This document shows positions 57,463 to 64,000 of a stretch of DNA of 64,000 nucleotides, piece by piece (the stretch's first letter is position 1; each line of letters opens with the position of its first letter). Under the pieces are notes generated by a model. That model was not told where the DNA came from, made no database searches, and saw only the letters and a list, made by a program, of their open reading frames with translations. The stretch comes from Capsulimonadales bacterium. Its GTDB lineage: Bacteria; Armatimonadota; Armatimonadia; Armatimonadales; Armatimonadaceae. The stretch lies in assembly GCA_033762295.1 (NCBI GenBank), contig JANRLW010000006.1, forward strand, positions 1 through 64,000. The letters are read 5' to 3'. Position numbers and translations under genes: made by a program.

Positions 57463-58146
57463 ATGTGCGGACGTTTTACGCAACGACATACGGTCGAAGA
57501 GTTAACGGAGCGTTTCCGTGTCGACCACACGCTTTTTGAGCCGGAAACAAGTTTCAATATCGCTCCGACCCGGAACATAGCGGTGGTTGTCGCCGATGCC
57601 AAACGGTCAAGGTATCTGGAAGGGTTTCGCTGGGGTCTGGTTCCGGAATGGGCCAGGGACGCTACCCACGGCGCACGGATGATTAACGCGCGATCGGAAA
57701 CCGTCTTTGAAAAACCGGCCTTTCGGGAGGCGATCCGTAGGAAACGGTGTCTGGTTCCGGCCGACGGTTTCTACGAGTGGCAGCCAACCGAAAACGGCCG
57801 CCAGCCGTTTCACTTTCGGAGGCGCGATCAGGCCTTGTTCGCCTTTGCCGGAATCTGGGCGACCTTTAGGATGCCCGACGGCGGCGATCTGTTGACCTGT
57901 TCCATCCTGACGACCGAGGCCAACGCCGTCGTCGCGCCGGTCCACGACCGGATGCCGGTAATCCTGCGCTCCGCGGACGAGGAAGGGCTCTGGCTCGACG
58001 ATTCGGTCCGAGATCGTAGCGTGCTTGAACCACTGCTTCGGCCTTTTCCGGACGAGGAGACCGATCGTGTGCGGGCGGACCGACGGGTCGGTTCTCCGGC
58101 GAACGACTTCGCGGCGCTGCTGACACCGCCGGAGGAAAATGACTAA
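57463..58146 (+). CDS. SOS response-associated peptidase (SRAP/YedK/HMCES)
   Basis: MCGRF, NIAPT, WGLVP, INARSET, RCLVPADGFYEW, HDRMP. Confidence 0.95.
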   Translation: MCGRFTQRHTVEELTERFRVDHTLFEPETSFNIAPTRNIAVVVADAKRSRYLEGFRWGLVPEWARDATHGARMINARSETVFEKPAFREAIRRKRCLVPADGFYEWQPTENGRQPFHFRRRDQALFAFAGIWATFRMPDGGDLLTCSILTTEANAVVAPVHDRMPVILRSADEEGLWLDDSVRDRSVLEPLLRPFPDEETDRVRADRRVGSPANDFAALLTPPEEND

Positions 58147-58568
58147 CGGCGGTTCCGCGAAGCTTCCCCGGAGGAACGAATCCCGAAAAGCCGAAGGACG
58201 CGTGACTCGATTCCCGGGACCATCAGATAGAGAATGATCAGTGCCGCAAGCACCAGCAAAAGAAGTTCCGGGCGAAGATACTTTTCGGTAAATCCGGTCG
58301 GTATGGCCAGGCGTGCGTTTCGGATCGTTACGCTGACAAATTGTCTGATCGTTCCTCCGCCAACGAGGTAGACAACAATAAGGAATACCACCAGAAGGAG
58401 TAATATCAATCGAAATTTTTGCTGTGGCGAGTCTGCAACCAGTGCCCGCCGACTATGACGTGCCTTATGCCGCCCCTTGCGTTTCCTGACAACGTAATAC
58501 TCGGTCGGTTGGTCGGAACCGTCCTCCTGTCGGAGAACGATTTCCCTGTCCTCGGTTTCATTCCCCAT
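58143..58568 (-). CDS. Hypothetical 2-TM membrane protein
   Basis: Basic N-terminus and two hydrophobic helices. Confidence 0.65.
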   Translation of the reverse strand: MGNETEDREIVLRQEDGSDQPTEYYVVRKRKGRHKARHSRRALVADSPQQKFRLILLLLVVFLIVVYLVGGGTIRQFVSVTIRNARLAIPTGFTEKYLRPELLLLVLAALIILYLMVPGIESRVLRLFGIRSSGEASRNRR

Positions 58569-58623
58569 ATCTCATCGTCCCCGGCGCTAACTTACGGTAC
58601 CGAATCGGAATAATACCCGTATT

Positions 58624-60093
58624 TTAGCACAATTCGAAAGATTCGGCGTTCGATATGTCTTCCTTCTCTTCAGCGATACGGTCGGCTGTCAGGAGCACCA
58701 GACTTTGTGCGTTCGGCGCGATCCTCGTTCGCTCGGATCGAATAATTCCTACCACCCACACAATCGCCCCGGTATCCGACTGAGCGACGACGGGATAGTT
58801 CTCTCGATTCTCCGCCGGCACGCCTTTTTCCGCCAGGCAGTCACGAACCGGGCGGGACCGCCCGCCCATTCCGAAGGGTTCGATGCGTTCTCCGACACGC
58901 AAAGAACGTACTTCGAGCGGCGCAATTCCCGCACCCTCCGGGTCGGAGGGAAGAGGAGACATCTCCGGTGTGTGAAAAATTACCGCCCTGTGGTCAACAG
59001 GCCGTATTTCCGCCCGAACACAAAGGCCGACCGAATCGATCCTTGCCTGACCCGGAACGGGCAACGGTTGTGAAAATGGTTCCGGCGGACGAAGGACGAT
59101 CGGACTCCGGAAAATCAACGTGTTCCCGGCGGAGCGGGCTTGAATTCTCCCCGGCAACGTCACCGTTCCCTCCTCGACAAGGAGACGCTCCAGACGGACG
59201 ATCCATTCCGTGGTTGCGGCTTCCTCCATCTGCGATCCGGCGAAACGACGAATCTGCGACAGAAGGACACGACGGCGAAGAGCGGGATGGGCGTCGTTCA
59301 GGCGCACTCGATCCAGCGTGGTCGCCTCCGCCGTTCGGCTCAAAATCACCGTCCGCTGCAACTCCTCGGCGAGCGCGCGCAACAGGTCGGCATCGGCGGC
59401 GGCGGAGTCCGCCAGGCGATTCAGAGCGGCAAAGACTTGCGGATTGAATCGTTCGACCAGTTCCGGAAGAAGGGTTCGAATCCGGGTTCGCAGGTACCGA
59501 TCCTTCAAGTTGGAGGGGTCCTGTCGCGGAGTAACGCCCTTCTCGCGACAGTAGGCTTCGATCTCCGAACGTCGAACACCCAGAAGCGGCCGGATCACGG
59601 TCAATCGGTCGCTGAGCGCCCGCTTCGAAGGGATTCCGGCCAGGCCGTCGATGCCCGTTCCGCGAAGGATTCTCCCCAGAACGGTTTCCGCCTGATCGTC
59701 GGCGGTATGCGCGGTAGCCAGCACGTTCGCCGTCAGGTCCTCCGCCGCTTCGCGAAGAAAGCCGTACCGGAGATCCCTCGCGACGGCGTTGCCGTAAACC
59801 GCGTTGCGGGTGGGAACCGCCCCCAGTCCGATGACACAGGGCCAACCCAGCCGGGCGCAGAGGGCGGCGCAGAAGGCGGCATCCTCATCGGCATCCCGGC
59901 CACGGACGCCGTGGTGGAAGTGGGCGGCGCCGACCGGTTCGGGCAGCAGTCCCTCGCGGGACGCTTCTCGAAACGCCAGCAAAAGGGCGCACGAATCCGG
60001 GCCGCCCGAAAGAGCGATCAGAATCCGTGCGCCCTCCGTTAGAAGACGACGCTCACGCACATAGGAGACGACGCGGACGACCAGCGGGTTCAC
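58624..60093 (-). CDS. tilS: tRNA(Ile)-lysidine synthetase
   Basis: SGGPDS, HHGVR, AR..RY, TAHTADDQAET, IRPLL, DPSN. Confidence 0.95.
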   Translation of the reverse strand: MNPLVVRVVSYVRERRLLTEGARILIALSGGPDSCALLLAFREASREGLLPEPVGAAHFHHGVRGRDADEDAAFCAALCARLGWPCVIGLGAVPTRNAVYGNAVARDLRYGFLREAAEDLTANVLATAHTADDQAETVLGRILRGTGIDGLAGIPSKRALSDRLTVIRPLLGVRRSEIEAYCREKGVTPRQDPSNLKDRYLRTRIRTLLPELVERFNPQVFAALNRLADSAAADADLLRALAEELQRTVILSRTAEATTLDRVRLNDAHPALRRRVLLSQIRRFAGSQMEEAATTEWIVRLERLLVEEGTVTLPGRIQARSAGNTLIFRSPIVLRPPEPFSQPLPVPGQARIDSVGLCVRAEIRPVDHRAVIFHTPEMSPLPSDPEGAGIAPLEVRSLRVGERIEPFGMGGRSRPVRDCLAEKGVPAENRENYPVVAQSDTGAIVWVVGIIRSERTRIAPNAQSLVLLTADRIAEEKEDISNAESFELC

Positions 60094-61067
60094 GGTTTGT
60101 CGGCGGTACGGCCTCCGGAGCTTTCCACCACCAGCCCGTCCGAGGTCATTTCGACGGTCAGTCCCATCGGCGTCATCTGCCGCCGAAGCGTGTCCTCGGC
60201 CGACTCATCCTTCGCCGTCAGGCGAACGACCTGATCCTGCGCAACATCGTCGAGAATAATGGGTTGACCGTACCGAAGGGCGATTTCCCGTGCCGAATCG
60301 ACCAGAGTCGCTTCCGGGAGTCCGAACGATTGTCGCGCATCCGGCATCGGCTGTCCCTCGTTGACGACCGGAAGGAACAGCGTCCGCGTATGCATCACCC
60401 CGTCGGCGGTCCAGTTCGCACGAAGTTCGAGCAGTTTTTTATCTGCGAGTACGGCGGGAGAGATACGGAGCGTTTGCGGAAGCGCGCCGTTCATCCGGAA
60501 CGGATATTCCTGGTCAACGGACCCCACCTTGAAGCGAACGGAACCGCTTTCGGCATTCGCCAGATGGAACGAGAAATCCCACGCGGCGCCTTCGCCCGGC
60601 AACACCGTCGTGATCCGGGTGATTTTCAGTTCGGGGGCGCGTCGTATCGGTTCCGGTGAGGGCGCCAGTTCGGGCGCTGTGATTCCCGCCGCCTGTCGCA
60701 CGTCGGAGGAGCCGCCCCCACGAGGCAGCCAGACCGCCAGACCGATCACCACGGCGAAAGCCGCCGTCAAGGGACCGCTGACGGTGGGTCGACGGTAGTT
60801 GTCCAGCAGCCATTGCCAGGGATTGGAGGCGGAGCGCACGCCCTGCCGCTCAATCGCCGCCATGACGTTCTCCCGAAAAAACAGGGGCGGATCCGTTTCC
60901 GGAAGCACATTCAGTTCACGGGCGATCGACCGAAGGGCGACCTCATCCTGTCGGCAACGCGCGCAACCGGCAAGATGCGCGGACAGGGTGTCCCGCATCT
61001 CCGCAGGCAGCGTTCCTTCGATATAATCCGACGCCAGTTCACGCCACTTCTTACAATCGATATTCAT
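60090..61067 (-). CDS. zf-HC2 anti-sigma factor
   Basis: HLAGCARC, TM, extracytoplasmic domain; follows ECF sigma gene. Confidence 0.85.
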   Translation of the reverse strand: MNIDCKKWRELASDYIEGTLPAEMRDTLSAHLAGCARCRQDEVALRSIARELNVLPETDPPLFFRENVMAAIERQGVRSASNPWQWLLDNYRRPTVSGPLTAAFAVVIGLAVWLPRGGGSSDVRQAAGITAPELAPSPEPIRRAPELKITRITTVLPGEGAAWDFSFHLANAESGSVRFKVGSVDQEYPFRMNGALPQTLRISPAVLADKKLLELRANWTADGVMHTRTLFLPVVNEGQPMPDARQSFGLPEATLVDSAREIALRYGQPIILDDVAQDQVVRLTAKDESAEDTLRRQMTPMGLTVEMTSDGLVVESSGGRTADKP

Positions 61068-61191
61068 TTGGATGCCGTTCGTTTCGGTGTCTCCGCAAAA
61101 AATCCGTAAAAATCCATTACCGGTTCGGGTCCGGATTCATTTCATCCCCACCAACCGGGAATGAAAGAGTTCGGTTTCCGACAAATTCCTT

Positions 61192-61818
61192 TTATGGACT
61201 CTCGGGAACCACGAAAAGTTCCGCGACCGCCGCCAGTTTGTCACGCAAGGCGAGCCGGGCGCGATTCAGCCGTGACTTGACGGTTCCCATCGGCAGACCG
61301 GTGATTTCGGCGATCTCCTCGTAGGCCAGACCCTGCGTATGGTAGAGGACTACCATCACCCGCTGCGCCTCGGGGAGCGACGCGATCGCCCGTTCGAGCA
61401 GACGCCGCCGCTCGTCCCCCTCCGCCATCTCCTCCGGACCGGGCGCCGGGTCCTCGAACTGCCGCACCACACTGGACTCGTCGAGTTCCATCTCCTCCTC
61501 CAGCGACCGGGACGGTCGGGCGCGTTTACGCTTTCGATCATCGAGGAACACATTGGTGACGATGCGATAGATCCAGGTGGAGAAAGCCGAGTCGCCGCGG
61601 AACGATTTGAGGTTGTTCCAGGCTCGGACAAAGGCCTCCTGGGCGATATCGGAGGCATCGTCGTACGACCCGGTCAGTCGATAAGCGGTATTGAAAACGC
61701 TTCGCTCGTACCGATGGACGAGTTGGTTAAAGGCTTCCCGCTCGCCGCGCCGACTCCGTTCGATCAGCGCACGGTCGTCCGCGGTCGCGACACTCCGGTT
61801 CCGTTTAGGGCCGAACAC
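61192..61818 (-). CDS. ECF sigma-70 factor (RpoE/SigW-like)
   Basis: D..QEAF, FSTWIYRI..N, YEEIA....GTVKSRLNRAR. Confidence 0.95.
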   Translation of the reverse strand: MFGPKRNRSVATADDRALIERSRRGEREAFNQLVHRYERSVFNTAYRLTGSYDDASDIAQEAFVRAWNNLKSFRGDSAFSTWIYRIVTNVFLDDRKRKRARPSRSLEEEMELDESSVVRQFEDPAPGPEEMAEGDERRRLLERAIASLPEAQRVMVVLYHTQGLAYEEIAEITGLPMGTVKSRLNRARLALRDKLAAVAELFVVPESP

Positions 61819-61821
61819 CGT

Positions 61822-62403
61822 TTACCGTCGCCCTCCTGCCGAACCGCGGACACTGTTGCGAACGGCTTGCTGAGTGATCGGACCGCCGGTATTGGCGCCG
61901 CCGATGGCCTTCTGTTCCTCCGAGGTCAGCGACATGGGGGAACCACCGGCGACCACCGGCTTCGCATAGACCCGCATATCGTTCCGCGAGTAAAGCCCCG
62001 AAATCACCAGGCCGTTGTTGGCCTCATCCAGAAGCGCCAGCGAAAAACTCTGTTCGCCACCGACATCGGCGAACGCGTCGAATCGCACCAGTCCGACCTT
62101 TTGCAGACAGCGGCGAATCGCCTCGGAATTTTCGGCCCCCGTGCGATACGCCTCGGAGATCCGTTCCTTCACTTCCCGCGTTCCGTCCGCATGGTCCAGG
62201 AGCATGCGCTCCAGACTCCCGCCCTCCGCGCCACGGAGAAGCCGGGCCTGTTTTCGTGTAAGGATGGTCAGCCGGATTGCCAGAACGATCAGGCCGACGA
62301 GCAGGAATCCGTAGGCGGCCAGAGCGGTAGCCAGCGCCATCGCCGGCTCCCGTCGGACCCAATCGACCAGTATCGAAAAAATCTGTTCCATGCGCATGGG
62401 CAT
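61822..62403 (-). CDS. DUF4446 family protein
   Basis: QKVGLVRFDAF.DVGG.QSFSLALLD..NG, YAKPV..G.S..L..EE. Confidence 0.85.
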   Translation of the reverse strand: MPMRMEQIFSILVDWVRREPAMALATALAAYGFLLVGLIVLAIRLTILTRKQARLLRGAEGGSLERMLLDHADGTREVKERISEAYRTGAENSEAIRRCLQKVGLVRFDAFADVGGEQSFSLALLDEANNGLVISGLYSRNDMRVYAKPVVAGGSPMSLTSEEQKAIGGANTGGPITQQAVRNSVRGSAGGRR

Positions 62404-62591
62404 CGTTCCCTATGATAACATTTTCCCGCCGTTTCCGCCGTCGGCCCGCAGCCATTCGTCCCATTTCGGTACGTTGCCGCAACGTCAGGTCGCCATAGTG
62501 AAACATTTCTCAGGACGGTAAATACCCCTGTACTTTACCTAGACAGAAACCATAATGGAAATGACAAAGTCGGAGGAGAAATGCAACCGAT

Positions 62592-63776
62592 ATGGCGCAA
62601 CAGGAAAGTGTTCCGCTGGACAAGATACGAACTAATATAAATCAGCCACGCAAAACCTTCTACAATGAGACGCTTGAGGAACTGGCGGCGTCGATCAAGG
62701 AGCGTGGTGTCCTGCAACCGATCACGGTTCGCCCCATGTCCGGACCCGACGCCGGTTTCTATGAAATCGTCATGGGCGAGCGGCGCTATCGCGCGGCCCG
62801 GATGGCCGGCCTGACCCAAATTCCCTGCGTCATCAAGACGATGAGCGATGAGGAAGCCGCCGCCGACGCTCTGCTCGAAAACTTTCAGCGGGAGGACATG
62901 AACCCGATCGAGAAAGGCCGCGCCATCCAGGGCCTTCTCCAGTTCATGAGTTATGAAAAGGTCGCCAAAACCCTCGGAGTTTCCGAAACGACGGTCCGAC
63001 GACTACTCGAACTGCTCGAGTTGCCGATCCAGATTCAGCAGGAACTGATCCAGCGCCCCGGCGCGGGCGAAGGCCCGTTCAATGAAGGACATGCGCGCCT
63101 CCTCATTCCGTTAAACGATGATCCGAATACTCAGTCCCGCCTCGCGCAAAAGGTCAAATCCGAAAAGCTGAACGTTTCCGACCTCGATCGCCTGGTAAAT
63201 GCCATTCGGCAGTTCCCCGCCAAGAAGGAAGCCTTTCTGCGGGTGCCGATCGCGGTCACCGACCAGATGATCCGCTCCCTCGGCGCGCGCGAGGAACGCA
63301 AAAAACCGTACCGCGCCCAGACCGCCGATCAGCACCTCAAAGTGATCGACAAGCAGGCGCAGACGCTCTCCGACCTGCTCGACGACCGGATCGGCGAGTA
63401 CCTGACGGCGGAGCAGATGAACCAGTTGCTCGCTTCGACCGCCGAACTCGGTCGCGAACTGGAGACGTTCAACAACAAACTTCGCGATGCGCTGGCGAAC
63501 AAGGATTTCGGCTTCCGCGAGGTTTATATCCACTGCCCGCTCTGCGGACGCGTCGAACTGATCGGTTCGCTCCGTTGCTCGGTGTGCTGGACCATCCTTC
63601 GCCGGTGTTACGATTGCGGAAACTACGATCGTACCTACGAAAAATGCGGAGTGACCGGCGCGAAGGTCTACCTCTCGGAAGCGGAGAATCCGAAGGACTT
63701 TTCCAAATCGTACAAGTGTCCCATGTACAAACCGAAATTTGAGGCTCAGGCCATCAAGCTGAAAATGGTAGCTTAG
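62592..63776 (+). CDS. ParB/Spo0J family protein with Cys-rich C-terminal domain
   Basis: QPRK.F, GVLQPI, GERRYRA, EN.QRED.NPIE, HTH, GHAR.L; C-terminal CPLC/CSVC/CYDC. Confidence 0.88.
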   Translation: MAQQESVPLDKIRTNINQPRKTFYNETLEELAASIKERGVLQPITVRPMSGPDAGFYEIVMGERRYRAARMAGLTQIPCVIKTMSDEEAAADALLENFQREDMNPIEKGRAIQGLLQFMSYEKVAKTLGVSETTVRRLLELLELPIQIQQELIQRPGAGEGPFNEGHARLLIPLNDDPNTQSRLAQKVKSEKLNVSDLDRLVNAIRQFPAKKEAFLRVPIAVTDQMIRSLGAREERKKPYRAQTADQHLKVIDKQAQTLSDLLDDRIGEYLTAEQMNQLLASTAELGRELETFNNKLRDALANKDFGFREVYIHCPLCGRVELIGSLRCSVCWTILRRCYDCGNYDRTYEKCGVTGAKVYLSEAENPKDFSKSYKCPMYKPKFEAQAIKLKMVA

Positions 63777-63816
63777 CCGAAGCGGAGCCATCGAACTCCG
63801 ACCACTTTGTTATTTT

Positions 63817-63848
63817 GGCGGACCCCTACCGGGGTTCGCCTTTTTGTT
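63817..63848 (+). terminator. Intrinsic terminator after the parB-like gene
   Basis: ggcggacccc-tacc-ggggttcgcc followed by tttttgtt. Confidence 0.75.
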
Positions 63849-63999
63849 GGGTACGATCCTGCGCCTCGGAATACAGGCGGAGCATCTCCGTCGTCATTTG
63901 TTCGGGCGTCAGGCGAAGGGGGGTGTTTCGCGCGGCTTCGGAGAATCGCGCCCGGAGAGGAAGATCGACCAGAATTTCCGTCAGGGCGGCGGCGAAGGG
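63826..63999 (-). CDS. C-terminal end of a probable GT4 glycosyltransferase (gene starts beyond window)
   Basis: Hand translation PFAAALTEILVDLPLRARFSEAARNTPLRLTPEQMTTEMLRLYSEA...* resembles GT-B terminal helices. Confidence 0.6.
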   Translation of the reverse strand, partial: PFAAALTEILVDLPLRARFSEAARNTPLRLTPEQMTTEMLRLYSEAQDRTQQKGEPR

Positions 64000-64000
64000 T

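Noticed and set aside
62498..62505. GTGAAACA as parS
   Set aside because: Half-site only; no 16-bp palindrome
1..64000. Selenoprotein (in-frame UGA) candidates, mobile elements and many long antisense ORFs
   Set aside because: No convincing UGA read-through into conserved sequence was seen by eye; no integrase or transposase motifs; antisense ORFs are typical high-GC shadows of real genes

Overview
GC-rich, gene-dense bacterial chromosome segment with no integrase, transposase, CRISPR array or prophage. It is probably Armatimonadota-like: an inference from three DUF1559/H-X9-DG prepilin-like genes, a futalosine menaquinone cluster, Rex, and diderm markers (KdsC, Omp85). Housekeeping content includes rsmG, zwf, kdsC, rex, dusB, mqnA/mqnP/ubiX/mqnL, cdsA, prkA-yeaH-spoVR, anmK, pit, tatA/tatB/secG, thiN, nadA, tilS, an ECF sigma/anti-sigma pair, tRNA-Sec and tRNA-Leu(CAG). 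The most notable element is on the minus strand at about 52.7-54.55 kb: a sigma70 promoter, a complete TPP riboswitch with terminator and antiterminator, a type IV prepilin-like DUF1559 gene, then thiamine pyrophosphokinase. This points to a pilin-like protein acting in thiamine capture or uptake. Other oddities are a LexA homolog lacking its cleavage site and Ser/Lys dyad, a ComEC-like MBL protein lacking its metal ligands, a ParB fused to a Cys-rich tail, a Nudix gene inside the UbiD/UbiX cluster, a long structured region before prkA, an orphan selC, and small ORFs missed by the ORF track. All protein calls come from motif recognition by eye; no searches were run.
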